DNA of 64,000 nucleotides from Usitatibacter sp. (GTDB taxonomy: Bacteria; Pseudomonadota; Gammaproteobacteria; Burkholderiales; Usitatibacteraceae): contig DATIWC010000058.1 in NCBI GenBank assembly GCA_035519515.1, positions 25,960-89,959 of the forward strand, written 5' to 3'. The notes under the pieces are model-generated. The model was not told the DNA's origin. It did not search any database and worked only from the letters and a program-made list of their open reading frames with translations. Each line of letters begins with the position of its first letter. Position 1 is the first letter of the stretch. Below, piece after piece: positions 30,935 through 39,879 of this stretch. The position numbers and the translations under genes are program-made.

Positions 30935-31573
30935 GTGGTGCTCGTCACGGGCTTCGAGCCCTTCGGCGGCGAGAAAGCGAATCCGTCGTGGGAAGTCTGC
31001 CGGCAGCTTCCGGCGCGCATCGCGGGGCTGCGCGTGGAGAAATGCCTGGTGCCGTGCGAGTTCCGCCGTTCCATCCAGGTCGTGGCCGAGGCGATCGAGC
31101 GCCTGCATCCCGTGCTCGTGGTGAGCGTGGGGCAGGCGGGCGGGCGCTCGCGCCTGGGCGTCGAGCGAGTCGCGATCAACGTGGACGATGCGCGCATCCC
31201 GGACAACGGCGGCGCGCAGCCGATCGACGAGATGATCGCGGCGAACGGGCCGCCCGCGTATTTCTCGACTCTTCCGGTCAAGGCCATGGCCGCCGCCATC
31301 CGCGCGGCCGGAGTTCCCGCCGAGGTCTCGAACACGGCGGGCACGTACGTCTGCAATCACCTGATGTATGGCGTGCTCCACTACCTCGCCGCGAGCGGCG
31401 GCCGGGCCCGGGCCGGATTCATCCACGTGCCGTTCTCGGAGCGCCAGGCGCTCGACAAGCCCAATACGCCCGCGATGTCGCTCGATACGATGGTGAAGGG
31501 CGTGGCCGCGGCCATCGCGGCGGCGCAGGCGCATCGCCACGACCTGAAGGTTTCCGAGGGCACGCTCGACTAG
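30935..31573 (+). CDS. pcp: Pyroglutamyl-peptidase I (pyrrolidone-carboxylate peptidase)
   Basis: [11 protein letters not shown]…NPSW…, GQAGGR and [14 protein letters not shown] (catalytic Cys). The listed ORF starts at ATG 30767 with a 56-aa R/A/P-rich extension. GTG 30935 gives the usual ~213-aa protein, so the start is uncertain. Confidence 0.75.
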   Translation: MVLVTGFEPFGGEKANPSWEVCRQLPARIAGLRVEKCLVPCEFRRSIQVVAEAIERLHPVLVVSVGQAGGRSRLGVERVAINVDDARIPDNGGAQPIDEMIAANGPPAYFSTLPVKAMAAAIRAAGVPAEVSNTAGTYVCNHLMYGVLHYLAASGGRARAGFIHVPFSERQALDKPNTPAMSLDTMVKGVAAAIAAAQAHRHDLKVSEGTLD

Positions 31574-31587
31574 CTATCATCCATCCC

Positions 31588-33543
31588 ATGTCCGAACATC
31601 CCCTCTGGTCTCCCTCCCCCGAACGCGTCGCCGGCGCGCAGATGACGGCGTTCACCAAGCTCGTGAACGAGCGGCATGGGCTCAAGCTCGGCGGCTATCC
31701 CGATCTCTACGACTGGTCGATCGCGAACCTCGAGGCGTTCTGGGTCGCGCTCTGGGACTTCGGGGGCGTGATCGCGGAAACGCGCGGCGAGCGCGTCCTC
31801 GTCGACGGCGACAAGATGCCGGGCGCGCGTTTCTTCCCCGATGCGCGCCTCAACTTCGCCGAGAACCTGCTGCGCCGCAAGGACGACGCGGATGCGATCG
31901 TCTTCCGCGGCGAGGACAAGGTGCGCCGGCGCATCACGTGGCGCGAGCTGCACGCGGAGGTCTCGCGCATGCAGCAGGCGCTCGCCGCGGCGGGCGTGAA
32001 GGAGGGCGAGCGCGTCGCGGCCTTCATGCCCAACATGCCGGAGACCGTGATCGCCATGCTCGCCACCGCGAGCCTGGGAGGCACCTTCACCTCGTGCTCG
32101 CCCGATTTCGGCGTCCAGGGCGTGCTCGACCGCTTCGGGCAGATCGAGCCCACGGTGCTCGTCTGCTGCGACGGCTACTACTACAACGGCAAGGCCAACG
32201 AGACGCTCGCGCGCATCGCGCAGATCATGCCGGGCCTGCCGACGGTGAAGCGCGTGGTGGTGGTGCCCTATCTCTCGGAGCGGCCCGATGTATCCCTCGT
32301 GCCGCGTGCCTCGCGCCTCGATGAGTTCCTCGCCCCCTTCAAGGCGCGCGACGTCGAGTTCCGCCGCATGCCGTTCAACCACCCGCTCTACATCCTCTAT
32401 TCGAGCGGCACCACCGGCGTGCCCAAGTGCATCGTGCACGGTGCGGGCGGCGTCCTGCTCCAGCACCTGAAGGAGCACCGGCTGCACTGCGACATCCGGC
32501 GCGACGACCGCGCGTTCTGGTTCACGACGTGCGGCTGGATGATGTGGAACTGGCTCGTGAGCGCGCTCGCCGCGGAGGCGACGCTGCTGCTCTACGACGG
32601 CTCGCCCTTCCTCGACCGCGGCGCGGTCCTGTTCGGCTACGCGCGGGACGAGCGCATGACGCACCTCGGCACGTCGGCCAAGTTCATCGACGCGCTCGCC
32701 AAGGTGGACCTGAAGCCGATCGAGACGCACGACCTCTCGCCCGTTCGCGCGATTCTCTCCACGGGCTCGCCGCTCGGGCCCGAAGGCTTCGACTACGTCT
32801 ACGCGAAGGTGAAGAAGGACGTGTGCCTGTCGTCGGTGAGCGGCGGCACGGACCTGGTGGCCTGCTTCGCGGGCGGCACGCCCACGCTGCCCGTGTGGCG
32901 CGGGGAGCTGCAGTGCCGCGGCCTCGCGATGAAGGTGAAGGTCTTCGACGACGAGGGCCGCGAGATGCCGGTGGGCCAGAAGGGCGAGCTCGTCTGCACG
33001 GCGCCGTTCCCCACCATGCCGCTCGGCTTCTGGAACGACCCGGGCGACGCGAAGTACCGCGCGGCCTACTACGAGAAGTTTCCCGGCGTCTGGCGCCACG
33101 GCGACTGGTGCGAGCTCACGAAGCACGGCGGCATGGTGATCTTCGGGCGCTCGGACGCGGTGTTGAATCCCGGGGGCGTGCGCATCGGCACGGCGGAGAT
33201 CTACCGCCAGGTGGAGAAGCTCGACGAAGTCGTCGAGTCGATCGTCATCGGCCAGGACTGGCAGAAGGACGTGCGCGTGGTGCTCTTCGTGCGGCTGCGC
33301 GAGGGGATGACGCTCGACGATGCCCTCGTGAAGCGCATCAAGGACACGATCCGCGCCAACACGACGCCCCGCCACGTGCCCGCGGTGATCCTGCAGGTGG
33401 CCGACATCCCGCGCACCAAGAGCAACAAGATCGTGGAGCTCGCGGTGCGCGCGGTGGTGCACGGCGAGGCGGTGAAGAACGTCGAGGCGCTCGCCAATCC
33501 CGAGGCGCTGGATTACTTCAGGGGCCGGGCGGAACTGACTTAG
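31588..33543 (+). CDS. aacS: Acetoacetyl-CoA synthetase (acetoacetate--CoA ligase)
   Basis: 651 aa from ATG 31588. N-terminus PLWSPS…YDWSI…EAFW is typical of AACS. AMP-binding motif [14 protein letters not shown]. Confidence 0.88.
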   Translation: MSEHPLWSPSPERVAGAQMTAFTKLVNERHGLKLGGYPDLYDWSIANLEAFWVALWDFGGVIAETRGERVLVDGDKMPGARFFPDARLNFAENLLRRKDDADAIVFRGEDKVRRRITWRELHAEVSRMQQALAAAGVKEGERVAAFMPNMPETVIAMLATASLGGTFTSCSPDFGVQGVLDRFGQIEPTVLVCCDGYYYNGKANETLARIAQIMPGLPTVKRVVVVPYLSERPDVSLVPRASRLDEFLAPFKARDVEFRRMPFNHPLYILYSSGTTGVPKCIVHGAGGVLLQHLKEHRLHCDIRRDDRAFWFTTCGWMMWNWLVSALAAEATLLLYDGSPFLDRGAVLFGYARDERMTHLGTSAKFIDALAKVDLKPIETHDLSPVRAILSTGSPLGPEGFDYVYAKVKKDVCLSSVSGGTDLVACFAGGTPTLPVWRGELQCRGLAMKVKVFDDEGREMPVGQKGELVCTAPFPTMPLGFWNDPGDAKYRAAYYEKFPGVWRHGDWCELTKHGGMVIFGRSDAVLNPGGVRIGTAEIYRQVEKLDEVVESIVIGQDWQKDVRVVLFVRLREGMTLDDALVKRIKDTIRANTTPRHVPAVILQVADIPRTKSNKIVELAVRAVVHGEAVKNVEALANPEALDYFRGRAELT

Positions 33544-33546
33544 GTC

Positions 33547-33566
33547 ATCCCCGTGAAGACGGGGAT
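33547..33566. terminator. Perfect 8-bp hairpin (ATCCCCGT-GAAG-ACGGGGAT) between convergent genes
   Basis: Lies 4 nt after the aacS stop, between convergent aacS(+) and the small ORF(-). There is no T-tract, so the terminator assignment is tentative. Confidence 0.35.
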
Positions 33567-33594
33567 CCAGCCAAAACGCGCAAGCGTCCTTCGG

Positions 33595-33846
33595 TCAGAA
33601 GCTGCGGTGCGCTTCCATCCCCAGGCGGGAATCGCCGGGAGTGGCGAGCCGCTCCTCGATGATGCGGCGCAGGAACTCGACGTCGTAGACGCCCAGCAGG
33701 TGCGGCTGGTGCCGCTCGAGGTAGGAGGCGAGCGCCGCGCGCAGGTCGGGCAACGCGGCAAGCGAGTTGTAGGTCGCCTCGTCCCACTGGAAACGAAGGC
33801 CCAGGTCCCAGAAGGCGCGGTTGAGCGAGGTGCGGTCGTTAGTCAT
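33595..33846 (-). CDS. Small hypothetical protein (83-94 aa)
   Basis: ORF 33595..33879. Strong GC3 codon bias supports coding. There is a weak pattern resemblance (LNRAFWDLGLRFQWDEATY) to the post-DxD segment of CbbY-type HAD proteins, but the catalytic motif is missing. Start is ATG 33846 or 33879. Confidence 0.45.
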   Translation of the reverse strand: MTNDRTSLNRAFWDLGLRFQWDEATYNSLAALPDLRAALASYLERHQPHLLGVYDVEFLRRIIEERLATPGDSRLGMEAHRSF

Positions 33847-33918
33847 GAGCCCAGCGTATTCCCGCGGCGGGTTAAACAAAAGTAAAATGTCGTTACTGCT
33901 TCATTAATAGATCGCTTA

Positions 33919-34842
33919 ATGAAGAACGCCACGCTTCGGCAGCTCCGCGTGTTCGAGAGCGCGGCGCGGCACCTGTCCCTCACCCGTGCGGCCGAGGAGC
34001 TGCACCTCACGCCGCCCGCGGTCTCCATCCAGATCCGCCAGCTCGAGGGCCATGCCCACGCGGAGCTCTTCGAGCGCGCGGGCCGGGGCCTGAGGCTCAC
34101 CCAGGCCGGGGAGGAGGTGCTCGCCCACGCCCGCGAGATCCTCGGCCACATCGCCGACGCCGAACACGCGATCGCGGGCCTGTCCTCGCTGCAACGGGGC
34201 CTGCTCGACGTCGCCGTGATCAATGCCGGCGACTACTTCTTCCCCTGGATCCTCGCCGCCTTCCGCGAGCGCCATCCGCGCATCCGCGTGAGGCTCTCGG
34301 TGGGCAACCGCGAGGAGCTGCTCGAGCGCCTCGCGCGCCACGACGTGGACCTCGCCGTGATGAGCCACCCCCCGCTCGAGCCGCGCTTCGCGGCCGAGCC
34401 CTTCGCGCCCCATCCGCACGTGATCGTCGCGGCCCCCGGGCACCCGCTCGCCGGCAAGCGCGCCGTGCCCCTCGAGCGCATCGCCTCGCAACCCCTCATC
34501 ACGCGCGAGTCGGGATCGGCCACGCGCCTTGCCATGGAGCAGGCCTTCAACGAGGCGGGCGTGGTGCCGCAGCTCGAGATGGAGATCGCGAGCAACGAGA
34601 CCATCAAGCAGGCCGTGGCGGCGGGGTTCGGGTTAGGATTCCTCTCCGCCCACGCCGTCCAGCAGGAAATCGCGTTGGGCCGCCTCGTGATCGTCGCCGT
34701 CCAGGGATTCCCCGTCATGCGCCAGTGGTACGTCGTTCACCTGCGCAGCCGCAAGCTGCCCCCCATCACGGACGCGTTCCGCCGCTTCGTGGTGGCCGAG
34801 GGCGCGCGCCTCATCCGCAAGCACGAGCGCTCGCGGTCGTGA
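33919..34842 (+). CDS. LysR-family transcriptional regulator (CbbR-like)
   Basis: N-terminal HTH LRQLRVFESAARHLSLTRAAEELHLTPPAVSIQIRQLE, and C-terminal …GFPVMRQWYVVHLRSRKLPP… resembling CbbR-type regulators. Preceded by an AT-rich region with a TTAA-N8-TTAA dyad. Confidence 0.8.
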   Translation: MKNATLRQLRVFESAARHLSLTRAAEELHLTPPAVSIQIRQLEGHAHAELFERAGRGLRLTQAGEEVLAHAREILGHIADAEHAIAGLSSLQRGLLDVAVINAGDYFFPWILAAFRERHPRIRVRLSVGNREELLERLARHDVDLAVMSHPPLEPRFAAEPFAPHPHVIVAAPGHPLAGKRAVPLERIASQPLITRESGSATRLAMEQAFNEAGVVPQLEMEIASNETIKQAVAAGFGLGFLSAHAVQQEIALGRLVIVAVQGFPVMRQWYVVHLRSRKLPPITDAFRRFVVAEGARLIRKHERSRS

Positions 34843-35750
34843 GCGAGCACCGGCCGCCCACCTTCTACGCGTGGCTTTCGCTCGTCACGTCCCTGGTGAC
34901 CATCGTGCTCAAGTTCGGCGCGTGGTGGCTCACGGGTTCCGTGGGGCTGCTCTCGGATGCGGTGGAGGCGGTGGTGAACATCGCCGCGGCGCTGGTGGCG
35001 CTCGCGGTGCTCACGTACTCGTCGCACAAGCCCGACCGCGAGCACAACTTCGGCCACGAGAAGGCGCAGTATTTCTCGAGCGGCATCGAGGGGGCGCTCA
35101 TCTTCGTGGCCTCCGGCGCGATCATGTGGAGCGCCGTCCCGCGCCTGCTGCAGCCGCAGCCCATCGAGCAGGTGAGCCTCGGCCTCGCCCTGTCGGTGGC
35201 TGCCGCGCTCGCCAATGCCGCGTGCGCCTGGGTGATGCTGCGCGCGGCGCGCGGGCACCGCTCCATCACGCTCGAGGCCGACGCGCGCCACCTGCTCACC
35301 GACGTGTGGACCACCGCGGGCGTCTTCGTGGGGGTCGTGCTGGTGCAATTCACCGGGTGGCTGCGCCTGGACCCGGTCATCGCGATCGCGGTGGCGATCC
35401 AGATCCTGTGGACCGGCTGGCACCTGATGCTGCGCTCCTTCGAGGGCCTCATGGACCGCGCGGTGCCCGAGGAGGACCGCGTGGCGATCGTCGCGGTGCT
35501 CGATTCGCTGCGCCACGAGGGCGGCGACTACCACGCCCTGCGCACGCGGGTGGCCGGCGCGAAAAGCTTCGTGGACGTGCACGTCCTCTTGCCCGGGGGC
35601 ATGACGGTGCAGGCCGGCCACGACATCGTGGAGCGCCTGGAGAACGAGATCCGCGCGAAGCTTCCCCACGTCGAGGTGCTGACCCACCTGGAGCCCCTCG
35701 AGGACCCGAAGAGCTGGGACGACCCGCAAAAGCCGCTCGCGGGGAGCTAG
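34839..35750 (+). CDS. Cation diffusion facilitator family transporter
   Basis: 303 aa from GTG 34839 (GTGA overlap with the LysR stop). …LLSDAVEAVVN…, …HLLTDVWTT… and a C-terminal cytoplasmic domain. Confidence 0.85.
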   Translation: MSEHRPPTFYAWLSLVTSLVTIVLKFGAWWLTGSVGLLSDAVEAVVNIAAALVALAVLTYSSHKPDREHNFGHEKAQYFSSGIEGALIFVASGAIMWSAVPRLLQPQPIEQVSLGLALSVAAALANAACAWVMLRAARGHRSITLEADARHLLTDVWTTAGVFVGVVLVQFTGWLRLDPVIAIAVAIQILWTGWHLMLRSFEGLMDRAVPEEDRVAIVAVLDSLRHEGGDYHALRTRVAGAKSFVDVHVLLPGGMTVQAGHDIVERLENEIRAKLPHVEVLTHLEPLEDPKSWDDPQKPLAGS

Positions 35751-36889
35751 CCGGGCTTGCCGTCGGCGCGCGCTCGCGTGAGCACGGGCCAGTAGGCGAC
35801 GAAGTAGGTCGCGAAGGCGGCGCTCCACAGGGCGCCCGAGGCGACCACGGTTCCCACGTAGAACGAAGGCAGGGTCGCCGCGCCCGCGACGCGCACGATC
35901 GCCGCCGCCATCACGAGCAGGTAGGCCGCGAGCTCCGCGCGCCCCGCGCGAAGCGTCCTTCCGCTGTGCCCCAGCGCCGTGCGGGTCATCATGCCGAGCG
36001 TCATGCCGCCGATGGCGCCGACGGTGAGCGCGTGGATCGCCGCGGGCTCGGGCACGAGCCCCGCCGCCGAAAGCGCGCGCAGCGTGAGATGCACGACGAT
36101 CCAGGCGTACGCGGCGTGCAGGATCCAGACGAGCGGGTTGCGCAGCGTGCGCCACGGACGCCACAGCGCGAGCCGTGCGGCATGCGCCACGGCCGCGATG
36201 GCCGCAAGCCCGCCCACGAACCCGAATCCCGCGGTATCGGCCGCGAGAAGGGCGAGCACGCTTCCCAGCGCGGCCCGCTCGACCCACGCGTTGCGCCCGG
36301 CGCCCGCGCCGGGGACGCCGTTGTTGGTGAACATGGGGATCACGCGCCCGCCGATCACCGAGATGATGAAGAGCGCCATGTCGAGGCCCGCCTGCAGGCT
36401 CGCGCGCGGCGGCCGGTCGATCACGCCGAGGAGCGATGCGTAGAAGGCGCACGATGCGACGGCGAACGCGCACAGCAGCGCCACGAAGAAGTAGTTGCGC
36501 CGGTTGCCCGACTGGGCGAGCGGAACGCCGATGCCGATGGCGACCGCCACGGGGAAGGTGGCATTCACGATCGCCGCCGCGTCGCCCGCCGGCGTGAGCA
36601 CGAGCACGCGGCCCGCGAGCCAGAGGGCCGCGTATCCGGCGAGCAACCCGCCCGTGGGCGTGGGCTGCGAGGTCCAGTTGCGCACCGCCGTGAAGAGGAA
36701 CCCGGTGATCACGGCGAGCGTGAAGCCGAAGAGCATCTCGTGCGCGTGCCACGCCGGGCCCTGCAGGTACGCGCCGGGCAGGCAGCCCGCGACCTGCAGC
36801 GCCCAGAGCGCGATCGATAGTGAGGCGAAGGCGCTCGCCAGGAGGTAGAACGGCCGGAACCCGAGGTTCCAGATCGCCCGGGAGGTCAG
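35747..36889 (-). CDS. nnrS: NnrS family haem-copper membrane protein
   Basis: …IWNLGFRPFYLL…AWHAHEMLFGF…, ~12 TM, 380 aa. No canonical start is available; a CTG at 36887..36889 overlaps the upstream TGA. Confidence 0.8.
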   Translation of the reverse strand: MTSRAIWNLGFRPFYLLASAFASLSIALWALQVAGCLPGAYLQGPAWHAHEMLFGFTLAVITGFLFTAVRNWTSQPTPTGGLLAGYAALWLAGRVLVLTPAGDAAAIVNATFPVAVAIGIGVPLAQSGNRRNYFFVALLCAFAVASCAFYASLLGVIDRPPRASLQAGLDMALFIISVIGGRVIPMFTNNGVPGAGAGRNAWVERAALGSVLALLAADTAGFGFVGGLAAIAAVAHAARLALWRPWRTLRNPLVWILHAAYAWIVVHLTLRALSAAGLVPEPAAIHALTVGAIGGMTLGMMTRTALGHSGRTLRAGRAELAAYLLVMAAAIVRVAGAATLPSFYVGTVVASGALWSAAFATYFVAYWPVLTRARADGKPG

Positions 36890-37260
36890 CGCTGCACCTT
36901 CAGCAGCGCGAGATGCGCGCCGGACCTGGCGGCGCCGCGGCCGATCTCGGCGAGCGCCTTCTCGGGCGCGATGCGCCCGTCCAGGGAGAAGGAGAGCGCG
37001 AGCGGCGACTGCGAGCTGCGCACGCTCGACCTGTCCACTCCGTGCGCGCGCCGTGCCGCATCCGCGGCCGCCTTCTCGAGGCGGCCCGCGTCCGCGTCGC
37101 CCTGGATCGCGGCGAAGACCACCGCGCGGTGCTCGCGCTTCGCCTGCTCGATCACTGCGTGGTCGTAGGTCGCGGCGATCTTGTCCTCGTCGCACGCCCC
37201 GCACGCGTAGGCGGGCGGCGTGAGCAGGCCCATCGCGAGCGCCGCCATGCAGAAGCACAT
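36886..37260 (-). CDS. Small secreted CxxC protein of unknown function (124 aa)
   Basis: MCFCMAALAMGLLTPPAYA|CGACDEDK… (signal peptide, then a CxxC motif). The ATG lies 2 nt after the nirK stop, and its own stop overlaps the nnrS start. Confidence 0.6.
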   Translation of the reverse strand: MCFCMAALAMGLLTPPAYACGACDEDKIAATYDHAVIEQAKREHRAVVFAAIQGDADAGRLEKAAADAARRAHGVDRSSVRSSQSPLALSFSLDGRIAPEKALAEIGRGAARSGAHLALLKVQR

Positions 37261-37262
37261 CC

Positions 37263-38717
37263 TCACTTGGCGCCCTCCTTGGGATGAAGGTTCGTGTCGG
37301 CCCACTTGAAGTACTCGATGTACTCGCGGATCTCGGGCTCGGACAGGTTCTGGTTGGGCATCGGGATCTTGTACTTGCCGAGCATCTGCTGGGCCACCGG
37401 ATCGGATTTCAGCACCGGCTCCGGGTTCTTCAACCAGCGCGCGATCCACGAGGCGTCGCGGCGCTTGGTTACCCCGAGGAGGTCCGGGCCTACCTTGTCG
37501 CCGCCGCCGATGGAGTGGCATGCGAGGCACTTGCTCTCGAAGGAGAGCTTGCCGCGCACCGCCGCCGGATCCGTCGGCGTGGGCGTGGCCGGAATGTTGT
37601 GGTGCTCGCTGTCGGCCGCGCCCTCCTCGCCCTTGCCGCCCGCGTCGATCAGGCCGATCGCGCCCTGCGAGGCGTTGGCGAAATGGTGGTCCACCATCAC
37701 GTACTTGCCCGCCTCGGCGAGGACGAATTCCACGATGGCCGAGGACGACGAGCCGAGCAGCACCGTCTGCATGCCGCGCATCTGGTTGTCGGGATTGCCG
37801 TCCATCCACACGCGATCGAAGATCGTGCCGACGACGTGGAAGCTCGACGTGTTGGAAGGGCCCACGTTCAGCACGAACAGGCGCACGCGCTCGCCCGGCT
37901 TGGCGGGCAGCGGCTTGTCGACCATGCCGTTGTAGCGGCCGTTGAACACGGTGTAGGTGGGCGCTTTCGAACGCACGCGGTCGCCGTCCAGCACGTAGAG
38001 CGGCACGCCGTCCACCTTGCGGTGCTGGGGGTCGAGCTTCGTGTAGAACTCGCTCTGGATCACGGCATATTCACGGTCCACCTGGGTCGGATACCCCCCG
38101 CGCGGCTCCACGATCATCATGCCGTACATGCCCGAGGCGATGTGCTCGAGCACCATGGGCGTACCGCAGTGGTACATGTACACGCCCGGATAGTTGGGCG
38201 TGAACTCGAAGCTGATGGTCTGGCCGGGCGCGACCGAGCGGTACTTGTCCTGCGGGGAGACCATCGCGGCATGGAAGTCCATCGAGTGCATCATGGGCGC
38301 GGCCGTGAAGGTGCCGCCGGGCATCTTCTCGTCGGAGCGGTTGGTCATCGAGAACTTGATGCGGTCGCCCACGCGCGCGCGCACCACCGGTCCCGGCACC
38401 TGGTTGCCGAACGTCCAGGCGGAGAATTTCACGCCCGGCGCGAGCTCGATGATCTTGTGGGTGGTGTCCAGGCGGATCTCCTTCACCGGCGAAGGATCGA
38501 GCGGCTTCACGTAGGCGTCCATCGAGAGGGCGCTGCCCTGCGCGAAGTCTCCCGTGTGCCGTTCGCTGGAGAGCACCGCGGGCACGGGCTTCAGGTCCAT
38601 CTTCGCCGGGTCGTAGGGGTCGGCGGTCGCAGCGGCCCTGGAAGCCGGGGGCGTGGGCTGGCATGCGGCGAGGATCGCGATCGCGAGGGTGGCGAGCGCC
38701 ACTCGGGTCGGGAACAT
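37263..38717 (-). CDS. nirK: Copper-containing nitrite reductase NirK, lipoprotein form with C-terminal cytochrome c domain
   Basis: Cu-ligand blocks MMHSMDFHAA and YMYHCGTPMVLEHIASGMYGMMIVEP. Lipobox LAIAILAAC. C-terminal ~100 aa carry CLACH plus a PMP Met ligand. Start set at ATG 38717 (AGGAGA SD 7 nt upstream); the ORF-track start 38750 is also possible. Confidence 0.9.
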   Translation of the reverse strand: MFPTRVALATLAIAILAACQPTPPASRAAATADPYDPAKMDLKPVPAVLSSERHTGDFAQGSALSMDAYVKPLDPSPVKEIRLDTTHKIIELAPGVKFSAWTFGNQVPGPVVRARVGDRIKFSMTNRSDEKMPGGTFTAAPMMHSMDFHAAMVSPQDKYRSVAPGQTISFEFTPNYPGVYMYHCGTPMVLEHIASGMYGMMIVEPRGGYPTQVDREYAVIQSEFYTKLDPQHRKVDGVPLYVLDGDRVRSKAPTYTVFNGRYNGMVDKPLPAKPGERVRLFVLNVGPSNTSSFHVVGTIFDRVWMDGNPDNQMRGMQTVLLGSSSSAIVEFVLAEAGKYVMVDHHFANASQGAIGLIDAGGKGEEGAADSEHHNIPATPTPTDPAAVRGKLSFESKCLACHSIGGGDKVGPDLLGVTKRRDASWIARWLKNPEPVLKSDPVAQQMLGKYKIPMPNQNLSEPEIREYIEYFKWADTNLHPKEGAK

Positions 38718-38750
38718 CGAAAATCTCCTGGAAAGTAGCGGGCGTGTCAT

Positions 38751-38773
38751 AAGGTAGATATCGTATGCACCTT
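38751..38773 (-). promoter_or_regulatory. Candidate NsrR operator (11-1-11 dyad) in the nirK promoter
   Basis: AAGGTAGATAT-C-GTATGCACCTT. 8/11 arm symmetry with an ATGCA core, resembling NsrR boxes. Confidence 0.5.
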
Positions 38774-38786
38774 TGCGCGAATCCCT

Positions 38787-38800
38787 TTGATCCAGGTCAA
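38787..38800 (-). promoter_or_regulatory. Candidate Dnr/FNR box upstream of nirK
   Basis: TTGATCCAGGTCAA (TTGAT-N4-GTCAA), overlapping the stop of the upstream membrane-protein gene. Confidence 0.6.
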
Positions 38801-39879
38801 CCGGCGGGACGCCCGGGCCGGCGCCGCGCCGCGAAGATCGTGGCCGCGATGGATACCACGAACAGCGCGAGCGTCACGGCATTGAGCACGCCTCCCAGGC
38901 GCCGCAGCTCGGCCTGGGCGAAGCCGCCAATGACGCGCAGGGCGAGCGAGCCGTGCAGCGCCACCAGGGGCACGTAGAGGAAGGGGGCGTAGCCCATCGG
39001 CACGCGCGCGACCGCCGGGACGATGACCGGCGCGTGGGCGAGGATCATGGAGAACACGAAGCCCAGCCCCAGGGCGTGCAGCGCCAGGTCGCGGGCGCGC
39101 GGCTCGATGGTGGCCGAAGAAATCCATGCGAACCCGGCCACCGCAAGCCACGCGTAGCCCGCGAGCAGCGCGGTGGCGGCGAACCGCGCGAAGCCCTGCG
39201 TGCGTATCGTGCGGCGCGCGAGGTCGAAGATCGTGAGCCATGCCGCCAACGCCACCAGGCCGGCGCCATACGCTACGGCCGCGGAGACGGGCTCGACGAG
39301 CGTGGCCGCCGCCGCACAGAGGATGAACACCGTGATCGCGAGCAACACCCCTTCGGCCCAGCGCGGGCGGGCAAGGAGCCGCGTCATCTCGAGGCGCTCG
39401 GCGGCGATGGTCACCACGAGGAACGCGAACCACCAGGGGATGACCGTTGCGGCTGGGGCTGCGGCCGCGTACAACGCGTTGCCGTTGAGGAGCGCGACCG
39501 CCGCGGCGGCGAGGAGCAACGTGTGGCTTTGCGGCTGGCGCCGCGCGATCGCCGCGCTCGCCGCCACGAGGCCGAGGGCGGCGAAAACGAAGAGGGCCCG
39601 GGCGCACGAAGGCTCGCCCAGCAACAGCAGCAGGGCGCCGCATCCTGAGGCGAGCGGAACGGCAAGCGCGATGCGCGGGCCCAGCGCCACTGCGCGCTCG
39701 AGGCCGATCACCGTGGCGAGGAAGCCCGCGATCATCAGCGCGCCGTGGTCTGCCGCGGCCGCGCCTGCGCTCGCTACGCCCAGCCGTGCGAGCCCGCCGG
39801 CGACGCCCGCCGCGAGCGAGGCGACCGCGAGCGCAAGGAGCGCCAGCCGGGCGATTCGATCGCCGCGGCTCAGTCCCAT
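38797..39879 (-). CDS. Hypothetical polytopic membrane protein (~360 aa, ~10 TM)
   Basis: ORF 38797..40020, with the start placed at ATG 39879 (MGLSRGDRIARLALLALAV). Recurrent helix-end motifs IGLERA / IAAERLE and conserved His residues (DHGALM, ILAHAP, LHGS). I recognise no family. Confidence 0.6.
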   Translation of the reverse strand: MGLSRGDRIARLALLALAVASLAAGVAGGLARLGVASAGAAAADHGALMIAGFLATVIGLERAVALGPRIALAVPLASGCGALLLLLGEPSCARALFVFAALGLVAASAAIARRQPQSHTLLLAAAAVALLNGNALYAAAAPAATVIPWWFAFLVVTIAAERLEMTRLLARPRWAEGVLLAITVFILCAAAATLVEPVSAAVAYGAGLVALAAWLTIFDLARRTIRTQGFARFAATALLAGYAWLAVAGFAWISSATIEPRARDLALHALGLGFVFSMILAHAPVIVPAVARVPMGYAPFLYVPLVALHGSLALRVIGGFAQAELRRLGGVLNAVTLALFVVSIAATIFAARRRPGRPAG

